Positions 21,710 to 34,516 of a DNA stretch of 64,000 nt are shown one piece after another (position 1 is the stretch's first letter; the number at the start of each line of letters is the position of its first letter). The position numbers and the translations under genes are program-made. The stretch lies in contig JANJGN010000013.1 in NCBI GenBank assembly GCA_026770705.1, forward strand, positions 24,304,001 through 24,368,000. The letters run 5' to 3'. Below the pieces are notes generated by a model. The model had not been told where the DNA came from. It made no database searches and saw only the letters and a list, made by a program, of their open reading frames with translations. This DNA comes from Isurus oxyrinchus (lineage: Eukaryota).

Positions 21710-23071
21710 GGATTGTATGCATTACCTTTTTGTGCGTGGTGAGGCTGCTGGCCCTCTGAGTTAATGCCTACTGCAAGGAAGCAGCAGGCCCCATCATGGC
21801 TGCTATCTGCCTTTGCCACTTTTGCTCTGCAAGCTGCTCCCACCTCCTGGTAACTCTTGATTTTACAAATTGGGTGTTAAGCTTGCCTCTGGCCCAATTA
21901 GGGCACTTAGCTTTCAAAATAGCATTGCGCGAACAACACAGGTTGGGACCTGGACATCATCCAGGCATCAGGTTCCTGGTCCCGATTTGAAAATCAATCC
22001 CCTATTATCTGTAAGTTATGAAATCCGAGCTGAGTTTCATCCACTCAGTTGAATTTCTTCCCTATTGTGTTTGACTCCAGGAAGATATACAAAAGATGGA
22101 TGCAAAAACAGTGCAAAAGACTGTCATCCATAATACATGCCTCTCATATGTCAGATATCACACACCAAGCATCACACTTCAAAATGTTGCACTTGGTTAC
22201 AGTCGCTGATTGTCTCAGAGTCAGAAAGTTGCTTTGCAATTACTTCTGATTGCCTTTAGAAAAATCTAAGTATCGGACTTGCCTATTGTGAGCAGTGACC
22301 TTAAATGAAGAACAGCAGAAAAACATCACAGCTGTGCTCCTGACTCCACACTACAAACAATGTTATGGGAGACCTGTTAGAAAATATGAGCTAGAAATCT
22401 CACAGGGCAAAAACTCTCTTTGACAAGACCTATTTCACTTTGACCTGATGTGCCGCTTCCTCTCCCCGCTTTCCACCATTGACAACAATACCTTCAACTG
22501 ACATGGTCTGTACTCTGAAACTTCCTCCCTAACTCTTTCAGCATTACTGGTTTGCTGTTTGCTGAAGAAATGCTTATAAAATGCGTATCCTGTCTACTTA
22601 TGTGTCTCTCTCCTCCCTTACTGTTATACTGTTGTTTGGTGCCCATTTTCCCTATTTTTCTTTTGTGATGAACCTTGTAATACTTCTGTTATATCTGGTA
22701 AGGTATTTTGCACTGTTTTTGCATCCATCTTTTGTATATCTTCCTGGGGTCAAACACAATAGGGAAGAAATTCAACCGAATAGGGGATTGATTTTCAAGT
22801 CAGGACCAAGAGCCTGACACCTGGATGATGTCCAGATCCCAACCCAGTGCTATAACTGTGTTGTTCACACAATGCTATTTTGAAAGCTAAGTGCCCTAAT
22901 TGGGCCAGAGGCGAGCTTAACACCCAATTTGTGACGTCAAGAGTTACCAGGAGGCGGGAGCAGGTTGCAGAGCACAAGCCATGATGGGGCCTGCTACTGC
23001 CTTGTGGTAGACAGCAAGCAGAAGCTCAGAGGGCCAGCAGCCTCACCACAAAAAGGTAATGCATACAATCC
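21710..23071. repeat. Large inverted duplication: arms 21710-22119 and 22706-23071, spacer about 590 bp
   Basis: Long identical blocks on opposite strands, e.g. GCCTCTGGCCCAATTAGGGCACTTAGCTTTCAAAATAGCATTG. ORFs 21796(+) and 22977(-) give near-identical peptides. Confidence 0.9.
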
Positions 23072-23164
23072 AACAGAAGGTCCCCCAAGTCCCCAAGGAT
23101 TTTCATTCCATAAAAAAATCCTGCACTGCTGCCTGCATTGAACCTGACAACTGTATGCACCATC

Positions 23165-23388
23165 AAAAACAGTAAATGCTGGAAATACTCAGCAGGTTAT
23201 GGCAACATCCGCGGGGAAGGATCAGTTAATGTTTCAGGTCGATGAAAGAATGTTTCAGTTCTGATGAAAGGTCATCGACCTGAAACATTAACTCTGTTCC
23301 TCTCCACAGATGCTGTCTGACCTGCTAAGTATTTCCAGCATTTTCTGTTTTTATTTCAGATTTCCAGCATTCACAGTATTCTGCTTTT
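23165..23388. mobile_element. Hairpin Penelope-tail mini-element
   Basis: Left arm 23165-23245 is the reverse complement of roughly 23272-23352. Confidence 0.8.
23257..23293 (+). ncRNA. Minimal type I hammerhead ribozyme motif with canonical core
   Basis: AGTT-CTGATGA-A-AGGTC-ATC-GACCT-GAAA-CATT-AACT. Stem I is AGTT/AACT, the CUGANGA and GAAA boxes are intact, stem II is 5 bp. Stem III CATT is probably a CpG-decayed CGTT. Confidence 0.7.
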
Positions 23389-23852
23389 CGATAACTATGC
23401 AGCAGCCAGTACAAGTTTACTAACATGCAGATTGAACGTTCTGTCCTTGCCCTCCCTGGCTTGTTAATGAGCTCCTCAAGGAGCTTGAAAAGTCATTAAT
23501 TGGAGGTGAGTGGGTTCCCGATTCCGTCTGCCACCCTCACTTTGAAAATTGTAGTGTGTTCTGGGGGCATCGGAACCCAGAGGCCCTTCCTGGGAACACA
23601 AGTTTTAAATCTTGACCGCACCTGTTTCTGACCCAACCGATAATTGGAACCTCACCCTATATATTTTTTCAGTTGTTGTTGACTACTTTCTTGCTTGACA
23701 GATCACTCATCGTTCATTGAACTGTGAATGAAGTTCTTCCTAATATGTTTTAAAACTTACTTTTTATTAAGTGACATTTACGCACAAAAGTTCAAGAACT
23801 TTAAATCCGTGGTAGCTTAAAGCAGCCAGAGAAATCGAAAGCAGCAATGTAT

Positions 23853-24435
23853 ATGAATATACAAACATATGAATTAGGAGCAGGAGTAGGCCACTCAGCC
23901 CCTCGAGCCTGCTTCGCCATTCAATAAGATCATGGCTGATCTGATTGTAACCTCAACCCCACATTCCTGCCTGCCCCCGATAACCTTTCATCCCCTTGTT
24001 AATCAAGGATCTATCTAGCTCTGCCTTAAAAATATTAAAAGACTCTGTTTTCACCATCTTTTGAGGAAGAGAGTTCCAAGGACTCTAAGAGAAAAAGTTT
24101 CTCCTCATCTCTGTCTTAAATGAGCGACCCCTTATTTTTAAACAGTGACTCCTAGTTCGAGATTCTCTCACAAGAGGAAACACCCTCTCCACATCCTCCC
24201 TGTCAAGACCCCGCAGGATCTTAAAGGTTTCAATTAAGTCACTTCTTACTCTTCTAAATTCCAGTGTTACATGCCTTACCTGACCGGCCTTTCTTCATAA
24301 GACAACACGCCCATTCCTGGTATTAGTCTGGTAAACCTTCTCCGAAATGATTCTAATGCGTTTACATATTTCTTTAAATAAGGAGACGAGTACTTTACAC
24401 AATACTCCAGATGTGGTCTCACCAGTGGCCTGTAC
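23853..24435 (-). mobile_element. CR1 3' fragment
   Basis: Tail TAGGAGCAGGAGTAGGCCACTCAGCCCCTCGAGCC and body homologous to the reverse complement of 4270-4830. Confidence 0.9.
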
Positions 24436-24689
24436 GATGTTCAGCATTTGCAGTATTTTGCTTTTGCATGAGCTCTATCAGTTTCCTCAGTTGGTTCCTG
24501 TTATCAATTCAGCTGCTGTCCGTTGTAATTCTCAGTTTTCCCACTAGAGTATAATGTTGTTTGTGGTAATCTCTCAGTCCCTCCAGATTGCAGGTTGTTG
24601 AGGTTTGGATTGAGTTCTTTGTGGCCATGGTTGTAATTCTGAGCTGCACCAGCAGAGTATGTTCTGTCTGTAGCTGTGGATTTTTGTTT

Positions 24690-25320
24690 GTTTTGGGAGC
24701 TGAAGGCTTTTGCATGTCCCTCCTCTCTTGGATCTCTTCCAGCACAAAGTAGGTTGTCCCAGGTTTGGCCAGTCTGGGAGGAGGTGAGGGGTCAGCGGCA
24801 GGCAGGTGGCAATGGTGGAAGGTGCAGGAAGGCATTGAGAAGGCTGCAGTCCAGGGGAAGCGTCACGTTTCTCAGGTAAAGGCAATTAAAGGTAACTGGG
24901 GAATGAGTTTGATCAGAGGGACGGTGTTGTGTTTTGGGGACGGGGACGTTGGATTTGGGTTTTCTTGATTTTCCTTGTCCCCGCGATAAGGAAGTGAAGT
25001 TTGGGCAGAAATGTAACCTGGAAAGTTTGCAGTTTGGAAGCTGGTGTGGGAAGCAAATGTGGTTTTTGTTTCTTTGGTAAGTCTGCAAACTGGAGCAGTC
25101 CCGGGGTCTGGCTTTCTGCTCCTTCTCCTGGTGACTCGGGGCGGACAATCTCCGCCTTTCCCTCCCCAGTCGGAGCTCTCTCATCCCGGGCTCCGAAATG
25201 GCTTTATCCCCCCCTCCCTGTGAGAGTGGATGTGAAAGGCCAGAGAAGGGGAACGAGCACTGAGTCGGCGGCAGCGAGAAACTTTAGTTTTTGTGGGGTT
25301 TTTTTAAAGTAATTTTCTTC
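24690..25320 (+). promoter_or_regulatory. GC/CpG-enriched block, possible promoter and non-coding first exon of an unidentified gene
   Basis: Local CpG enrichment in non-repeat sequence and a donor-like CTCAG|GTAAAG at 24875/24876. No protein match was recognised. Confidence 0.4.
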
Positions 25321-28300
25321 CCTTTGTTATGTTGGGTTTGCGTTTCAGATAAAGCCAGACTGCAGCCTGTCAATACTGGAAACAATAAATCAGTCTGTGC
25401 CATGGGCATGGCGTGTTTTTAAATTCTGCATTCGCCCACTTTGGGATTTTTTTCATACAAGGTCTTGGTGTTCAACAAATTGACATCAGTCGGTAGTGTG
25501 TATGAAGAAGGGCTTCTTCCTCTCTCCCTTTCTCATCCCTCCCCCATTAAAGGGAATAGTCACTATTGTATTGTTCAGGGACTTGGAGCAGATTGTAGCT
25601 TTAGGGCACGTATCTAATCTGCCTATAATCCTAAAATACACGGTAATAGTTCTGTAATGTCTCTGTTTTTCAGAATGTTGAGTAGTTCGTGTGATTTAAT
25701 TTTATTAAAAGCTATTTTCTTGTGCTGAAGCAGAAGTGTAGGGGAGGGAGGGGGGTGGTGGGCAGGGTCTTGTTTTGTAACTTGACCCAATGTAAATCGG
25801 AGCAGTGTATTCTAAAACCATTCTTGGGAGGTGGTGGGGGAGGAATTAGATGTATGGTTTCCTCTGGATTTTGAGATTTGTGGATGGGATTAGGTAAAGG
25901 AGTTTTGTTTGGTGGGGTAAATCACAGCCTATTTTTCTTAATATCCTTCACGAGACAGTGTGTTGTTGCTGCCTCTATTCAGGGTAACTCCCTTGACCAA
26001 GCCTTTCCCAGTGTTTCCAGTTGTTTAATGAAACCACGAATAATGTCATGCTTTAAATCCATTGTATTCTGGTGACTGGGCAAGAGGTTTACTCCCCTTG
26101 TGATGTGTTTGTGTTTTGGGGTGGTTAATGGTCTTGTGATTTATAGTGTGATCCTCTCTGTTACAACCTTGTAAAAGGTTGCTGCCTGTATTTTGCCAAA
26201 AGTGCTCTGTCACTTGTTGTATAAGAGTATCTCACCCTAACAAGACAGTGCATTTTACTCTGCTTTACAAATCAATCTTGCGCTGAATAACTGAGCCATG
26301 CAAACCAAGATGGCCAAAGTTTGATCCTTAGTTTATCCTGAGTTAGCTGAGCAAGGCTGTGATTGGAGTCTGACAGTTGAACTCTGAGTTAGATAGGGAA
26401 AAATCAACCGGGGGAAAAAAATCCTTCTGATGGGTGATCCCCCCCCCACCCCCCCATGCTTCTACATGTAGATCTAGAGTTGGCTGTGACACTCCTGTTG
26501 TCAAATAACCACACTAGACTTTTATGTAATGGATGAAAAGCAAAAGAAAAACTTGCATTTATGTAACTCCTTTCACAACCACCAGACATCCTGAAGTGTT
26601 TACAGCAAATGAATTACTTTTGAAATGTAGTCATTGTTGTAATGTAGGAAATGGAGCAGCCAATGTGCATACAGAAAGGCCCCACAAACAGCAAAGTGAT
26701 GGTGTGCAGGTCAAACAGCAAGATACATGAGGGTCAACATATCTCTGCAGGGAGTCAAAAGCTCCAGGAAAGGAAGAGGGGACTGAAGGTTAGCAGGAAA
26801 GATGATTTGTATTGTCATTGTGTGTTACTGTCTGTAGCAGAGACTGATAACAGCTTTGGCATTTGTCCACTGCATCTGTAACAACTGGGAACTAAAACTG
26901 CTGTATCACTTCAGATTCTGTGTAACTGGTACTGATAACACGTAATGTGTAGCTTTCTGCAAATGGGATAAATGGAGGAAATTTGAAGTCATTTGGATAG
27001 TGAAATTATAAAATAATTACCCTGCATTGCCACAGAGCAGGAAGGGTGTTTGGTACATTGCAGCAGTATTACAAGTGTTGGGCACTAATTCCATTTTAAT
27101 ATTCCTTATTTCTTGTTTTCCTTGTTCAGCTTTTATTGGGTGACTGCTGATCATTTTGAAATGGAAGTTTTATTTAAAGGTGCAGCCTACTGAAGAATCC
27201 ATAGACCCGTCAAGTGGCAGATTCCTGCTTTCATCTATTCTGTTTCGAGAAGGTGCTGAATGGAAACAGGAGGGGGATACTAGGCCATGGTATATGTTTC
27301 CTGTGTCTACTTGCTGAGCATTATTATTTACAAAAGTGAGAGCAGGTTATTGGCTGGCCAAGCAAAGGAGCAGGAAGACCTGTAAAAGGGCAGAGAAAGT
27401 GAAAGAAAGATAATTGTATCTGACACTTTAATTGCATTGTTTTTAGTAATGTGGGCAGTGGCAGTTGTGGATCTGATAGGTTTGGTCACTTATAATTAAG
27501 GACACTTTTTGTGTGCATCACAAGAACCTGGCTGAACAACATTTTTCCATGAGCAGTCATATATTTGGCAAAGGAAGATACCAAGTTCTGCTGCTCTTCC
27601 TTTATTGAGGGTGCTTTTATCTTGTGGGTGTAACCACACTTTACACATAAGCTAATCTGTGTTTCTATGGGTACTTTTAAGAATAACTATGAAGAGAAAT
27701 AGATGAGTCGGTATGAAATCAGCCAGCTGTAGCATCAAGTGAGACACGTAAATATCAGCGTCGACTGTCATGCCTAAAAGTGGCATAGAAACTGTTGCGG
27801 AAACACTTGTGTTACTCTCTGTTGTGACGGGACGGTTCCCTGGTGGATTTTACCAGTCAGCGTGAAATAAATTAGTTCCTTGTGCCATCCCATATCAACC
27901 CCAGCCTCCTATGGTAAAGTATCTGTGTCATGCTTTCTGCTGATGACCTGAATATAGTGGGGATCTTCCCATAAGGAAACCATGGGCACAGACTCAGTCT
28001 TGTTGCTCTTCAACAGTGAGCTCTGGTTTTGTTCCACTTTTTTTTTGCTGATTCACTTGTTCTATGGGGCATGAGTGGAATATTCCAGCTCTTCCTGCGT
28101 ATGTTCGAACACCTGGTAATTCCATGCCTGGTGAGCTCTCAGTTTCAGCTGTATCATATTTCAGGGTGACGGCCAAGCCCATTGTCACGCAGTTTGACAG
28201 AGAAAGGGAATTTGGAGAAAAGGTCACTACATGAGGCTCATGTGCATTGGTGAGCAGCCAGCGTTCAAGCAGTATTGGTTGAAGGCTGAGGCAATCTATC

Positions 28301-28639
28301 TTCTCAGATAAGGTTGTACAGAAGTTTGTGGTGGTCCTGAAGTTTTCTGATACACTCTCCAATCACTGTTCTTGTAAGACAAGTGTGCTCACTGAGACTA
28401 ATGATTACTAGAAGTGAAGGGGGAAGGAGTTTTGTAGAAAAGATTGGACACAGGCTGAGCATTTTTAATGTAAGTAATGCAGTACTTCTTTCTAACAACT
28501 TATCACAATAGAATTGGGTGTTTCCAGCTTTAATGTTTTCTTTTTCCTGTTTTGTATCTGGTGCACATTTGAAAGCTGGAGTACAACAGAGTTCCTCTTG
28601 TTTTTGCGCAGTGGTGACTAGCTATTATAGATGTTCTAA

Positions 28640-29390
28640 CGTATATTCACAATTACAGGAAGTTTCCCAGCCCTTTATTGGGTGACAAAGTGACCTGCAG
28701 AAATGGAGGGGGCTCCATAAAATACCATAGTTTACAGTGAATCCCTGCAACAGCATTGTTAGACTGCTCACCATCTTGGTGTCCTATCTGACCCTGAGAT
28801 GAGTTTCTAACCACATCTGCTCCATCAACAAAGCTGCTTTCTTCCATTCCTGTAAAAGTGCTTATCTCTGCTCCTGCTCATCTGCTGCTAGAATCCTCAT
28901 CTATCCCTTTGTTACCACCAGACTTAACAATTCCAGTGATCTCCTGGCTGCCCTGCCATTTCCACCCACCATAAACTTGAACTCATCCAAAACTTTGCTG
29001 CCTGTATCCCAACTTTCACCAAGTTCTGTTACCCATCAACCTGGCTAAACTAGACTGATTCCTGATCTGGCAACACCTTGTTTTTAAGTTTTAAATTTCT
29101 CCATTGCCTCATCCCTCCTTATCTTTATAACCTCCTCCAGCCCTACAACTCTCAAGTCTCTGCCCTGCTCCATTTCTGGTCTGTGTGCATTACAATTTTA
29201 ATTGATCTGCCATTGGTGGTTGTGCCTTCTGCCGAATAGACCCTAAGCTCTGGAATTCCCTCACTAAACCTTCCTGCCTTCCTTTCCTCCTTTAAGATGC
29301 TCCTTGAAACCTACCTCTTTGGCCAATCTGATGGTCACCTGTCCTAATACCGCCTCATGTGGCTTGGCGGCAAATTTGTTTGGATAACAC
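28640..29390 (+). mobile_element. L2-like LINE 3' fragment
   Basis: Decayed L2 C-terminal features (AAACTTGAACTCATCCAAAACTTTGCTGCC, CTCTGGAATTCCCTC, CTCCTTGAAACCTACCTCTTT). Confidence 0.65.
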
Positions 29391-29549
29391 CCGGCGCAGT
29401 AGTCTGATTAACAATATAGTTTCTCTGTAGAGCTCATATCCTGGATATTATTAGCCAGAAAGCTTTCGTTTAGCTGAGGAACTTGTGTTGTTTTACTTAC
29501 ACACCATGTGCTTCATAGCACTTCAGTTATGCCAAGGAGCCTTTGTAAT

Positions 29550-29633
29550 GAGGACTCGAAACATCAACTCTTTTCTTCTCCGGTGATGCTGCCAGACCTG
29601 CTGAGTTTTTCCAGGTAATTCTGTGTTTGTTTT
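29550..29633 (+). mobile_element. 84-bp Penelope tail insertion with perfect 12-bp TSD
   Basis: AGCCTTTGTAAT at 29538-29549 and 29634-29645. Insert is nearly identical to 56600-56679. Confidence 0.9.
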
Positions 29634-30706
29634 AGCCTTTGTAATATGTTGACTGTAAAAACTGAAGCTAACACTCCCTTCTTACAAAGGGAGTTGTCTA
29701 ACAGATAAATATCTGGAAATGAATGGGGAATACACAAAATCTCTGGTCTTTGGATGAATGAGGAGGAGAGTACTCTAAAAAATGTGAGATCAGTGAGTCA
29801 CTGCTGCTGATCAAGTTGAACTTGTGCCCATCATAATGTTTTAGTTCACTTACACACTGTTTCCATACCTGGTAACTCCAGGCTATAGATGCTAACAAGA
29901 TCAGAGAGACAACATCTCCTGACTGTGTCCTGTCATTTTTGTTTGCAAACTTCACGAAGATTGTAAGTGAAATAACTGATTTTTGTGCCGTAAAATTTCT
30001 GGAGGGCTGTGAACAAATGAAACTATATGCTGTAAGCATGTTTTTCTGAGGTAAAAGTTTACGTATTAACCTCTTCTAGTTCTAGGGTATTTGTTGATTG
30101 TGAGGGGATTCTTTTGTACATGGTGGGGAGTTGGTGGAGAGGTTGTGATTCTATTCACCACATAACTTTCCCATCTTTTATTGTCCAATTTATGACATGC
30201 TCTGAGGTATTTTCCATTAACTAAGGAATGTTGTATAAATGTATTAGAGAACTGCTGACATGATAGGAATCATTCCACTTGTACTCTCTTCAAACAGGGT
30301 CAACAAAGGGGACAGCAGAGTGTGCACTAGTGCTGCTATCTGGCTGCTTCCCCCAGGTTGAGCTAAAGATTGGATATTAGATTTAACTGTACTGGATAAC
30401 TTCTGGTTGGGTGCTATTTAAAATATTGCAATCCCTTTGTGGTTCTTTGGGTGTATAGGGGGGCGTGCTGGGACCCCACTGCTCCCATGGAGGAATGAGT
30501 GATATTAGGAGTCCTTGTATTAATGACTAGTTAAACAGAATAATGGAATTGAATTGCATTGAAGAGTTTGGAGAGTTATTCTGATCACCTTGGATTGAGT
30601 TACAGATTGGAATCTGACTCTGATATTCAGGTATTATTATATAATATACTCGATATCCAGGAGTGAGTTACTGTAATCTAATCACAGGGTTTGGCTAGTG
30701 TCTTAA

Positions 30707-31240
30707 ACAGAATCACAGAATTTTAATGGCACAGAAGGAGGCCATTCAGCCCATCCTGTCTACACCGGCTCACCAAATGAGCATTATGACCTAGTGCCAT
30801 TGCCCTGCCTTTTTTCCATACCCTTGCACATTAATTGAATGGAAACAACCATCCAATGCCCTCTTGAATGCCTCGATTGAACCTGCCTCCACCACACCTC
30901 CAGGCAGTGCATTCGAACCACTCGTTGTGTGAAAATGTTTTTTCTCATGTCACATTTGCTCCTTTTGCAAATCACTTGTGCCCTTTTGTACTTGATTCTC
31001 TTACAAGCAGGAGCAGCTTCTCCCTATCTACTCTGTCCAGCCCCCTCATCATTTTGAACATCTTTATCAAATCTCTTCTTTGCTGCCTTCTCTCCAAGGA
31101 GAACAGTCCCAATCTCTCAAGCTACCCTCATAGCTGAAGCTTCTCATCCCTGGAACCATTCTTGTAAACCTCTTCTTCATTCTCTCCAATGTGTTCACAT
31201 GCTTCCTATAACTGTACACAATACTCCAGCTGAGGCCTAA
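30707..31240 (-). mobile_element. CR1 3' fragment
   Basis: LERMKKRFTRMVPGMRSFSYE and ICKRSKCDMRKNIFTQRVV. Same subfamily as 45880-46365. Confidence 0.9.
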
Positions 31241-31599
31241 CAAGTGCCCATGACTGAGTAAACTGACAGAGAGGCTGGACAGCATTACCTGTATATGTAG
31301 AATCACAGGCACCCAAGTTATAAGTGATAAAAAATGGATAAATTGATCCAGGTAAGGTGTTTATCTCGTGAAGGGAGATGAATTGGGAAAGTCACTACAA
31401 GCAGTGTTGAGACATTTGATATGGTTAAGGCCTGAGGATAGTTGGCTGGCTGCCTCTTGGCTGAGGAGATTGTGTAAGGTGTGGGAGGAGAGACCTGAAT
31501 AAAAGGAGGAGAGAAAAGTTTGCTGTAGTCAACCATGTAACATTGTACTTTGCTAAACAGGTGTTTAGAGTTAGGGTGAGAAGTCCAATATATGGACTT

Positions 31600-32160
31600 A
31601 GGTCACAAATTAGCCATGTTCTCTCAAATAATTACCAATTAGTTCCACTTCCCTGCTTGTTCCCCACAGCCCTGCATACTTGACCTTTTCAAATATACAT
31701 TCAATTTCCTTTTGATAATTACTGTTAACCCTGCTTCCACTGCCCCTTCAGCTAGTGCATTCCACACCATCATAACTTGCTGAGTTTTAAAAAAAAATCA
31801 TTCATCTTTCCCCTGGCTTTTTTTGCTAGTTGTCTTAAATCTGTATCCTCTGGTTACTGACCCTTCCACAAGGGAAGACAGTTTGTCCCTATCTAGCCTT
31901 TTGAAACCCTTAATGATTTTTAATACCTCTATTAAATCTCCCCTTAGTCTCATGATGACCATGAAACCATTGCCGATTGTCGTAAAAACCCATCTGGTTC
32001 ACTAACGTCCTTTAGCAAAGCAAATCTGGCCTACGTGTGATTCCAGATCCACAGCAATGTGGTTGACTCTTAAATGCCCTCTGAAATGGCCTAGCAAGCC
32101 ACTCAGTTCTCGAGGGCAATTAGGGATGGGCAATAATGCCAGCCCAGCCAGCGACACCCA
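31600..32160. mobile_element. CR1 3' fragment (-, 31600-31950) abutting a 5'-truncated tRNA-SINE (+, 31950-32160)
   Basis: Homology to the other CR1 tails and to the SINE at 35864-36265. Confidence 0.7.
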
Positions 32161-34284
32161 AAAACTCTGTATTTAAAGGACATTGACACTGGGCTGAGAA
32201 CTTAACAGGAGAAGTGAGGCTACGAGCATTCTGCAGTTATAACGAGGGTGTGGGACTTGTATGTTACAGCAAGACATATGCATCATGTTTCAGTTAATGA
32301 AGGAGCAGTAACCTGGGTGAAAACTTATTATTTTCTCCATTAATGAAGGCGCGGGCTGTGCAGGGTATATCCACTAGTATATGTAATCGAGAAGTTTCCT
32401 CAAGTAAGTAATGCTCCAACAGTGGGTAACTGAAATAATACAATGATTTAAATACCCAATGTTTTTAGAATATTTTATTTTGCTGCAAATATGTTTAAAG
32501 TTAGAAATTGTTGTAGTTAATTTCTTGAAATGTAATTTTAATTAAAATGGGAAAACTGTATTTAATGAACGACCTTGAAAATGGTGGTTGGTATTATAGG
32601 GCCTGCATGTTAATCATTTAGGCTGTATGGCAAACAATTTGCAGTAGTCACCTGATGTTTACCTGCTTTCCTTCAAAGCTCCTAATAAATATCCTTGTGC
32701 CTCTGATGTTTTGGCATAGCCATCAGTGATTCCATGAATCTCAGTAAAATCATCTCGAGTCTGTCCTTGACTGGCACTGAGAATAATGAGAGAGAAAGAA
32801 TGAGTGAGGTTGCTTACTGGGTGTAACACAGATCGACAGTAGTGCCACAGTTTCTGTTGTTCAGTTTTTTGTATTTTTATTGCTGCTCGAAGTTCCTTTT
32901 GTTTGCTCGTTGCAGTCTCTCTTGCTCTCAGTGAGAGAATGATGACCTGGAACAATGCTGAATGGACAAACCCTGGCAAGAAGGCAAAGCACTGCTGAGG
33001 GGAGAAGCTCCACTGTTCAGAACAGACAAGAAAAGCCCTCCCCTTAAATGGAACCAGGGAGCTTCTCCACAGCAAGTACATTTATTGGGATAGTTCAGCC
33101 CTCCTACTCCTGCTCACAGCTGCCTGGTTAGATCAGATTTGGCAACGGGTGATCATTCTCAGCCTGATAACTTTACACACAGTCACTACTTTCCAAATTG
33201 CAAATGATAAAAAATTTAAAAAATTTGGTGCTGCTGTAATTTGAAGCTGCCTTTTTGGGAAAGGTTATTCACTTGTCACGAAGTATTCTGCAGTATTGCA
33301 TAAAATGCTGACTACATATGTTAGTCAATGGATTTGTAGAAACTTTAGCAGTTTCACGGGATAGATTTTAAAGAAATTTGGCCTGTTTGATGTCATCCAG
33401 CCACAATACAAACCATAAGTTTTCCATCATGGCATCTAACTCACCCTTAAATGACTCGACTGTCCTACCCTTGACCACTTGTCCTGTAATCAATTCAGCC
33501 ATTGACTATCCTCTGTGTAAAGAGAGATTTTCTGATGTCTGATCTCCAGATTCTGTTGCCAGCTCACATCGTGAACACTGAAAGACTTTATTCCTTCAAA
33601 CGAGAGCGAGACCTGTTTTTGGCTGGGAAAGAGATGGGCATCATTCAATGTAAATCAGGTGCAGTGTGACATCCTGGACCAGTTTTGATTGCCGAAGTGA
33701 GAGAGTCAGAGATAAATTTTCTACTTTTTTTCCCTCCCCTAATTGGCCTGGATTTTTATGTTTTCATCTCTCCCAGGAGATTGCATGGATCTGGAACACC
33801 CAGGGAAAGACTGGCAGGTCCATCCAATCTATTGTTTGTATGTTCTTAAACCTCTCAACCTTTCTTTTAAAGATGAAGGATCTTAGCTTATCGGGTTGCT
33901 TTCATTGGTCTTCTTTGTACCGCCTCACGTGATAAGGGGGACACACAAGCCGATGACAGAAGAACTCCACACATTAATTCAGATGTGAACTGTAGAACTT
34001 CAGCTCGGTGTCTGGCATTTTGTCAGTAATCCAGCATCCATCTTGTTTTGTTCATTACCCTCTTGTACTGTTCAGACATGATGAGTGACAAGTCGACTAA
34101 CGTCCTAGTTCATTTTCAGCTTCCCCTTCAGTTTTTATGTGAGAGAAAGACTCTCATATGTTACAACATGCCTTTCATGACCTCAGAATGTCCCAAAGAG
34201 CTTTACAGTTAATGAAGTACTTCCAGAAGTGCTGTGTACTTCGGCAAACTTTACTGGCAATATTGTATATCTTCACATACACTT

Positions 34285-34404
34285 TTCCACTTTGGTGGTG
34301 GAAGGACTCCCAGGCTGATTATCCATGAGCGCTCCTTCCGCGGCCAGCAAGTCCTGGCCTGGGACTTGAATTCAGAGCTTCTGGCCCGGAGGTAGTGACA
34401 ATAC
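34285..34404 (-). mobile_element. tRNA-derived SINE head
   Basis: Minus strand GGAGGTCTTGTGGCATAGTGG (A-box-like) ... GAATTCAAGTCCC (B-box-like). Confidence 0.55.
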
Positions 34405-34516
34405 CACTATGCCACAAGACCTCCTTTCTAATATACAGTACCTTGCAGTTATCTGAATTGACCATCATTTGCCACTTATCAGCCCCAGTGTGAATTCATT
34501 AGTACTCTCTTGACTC

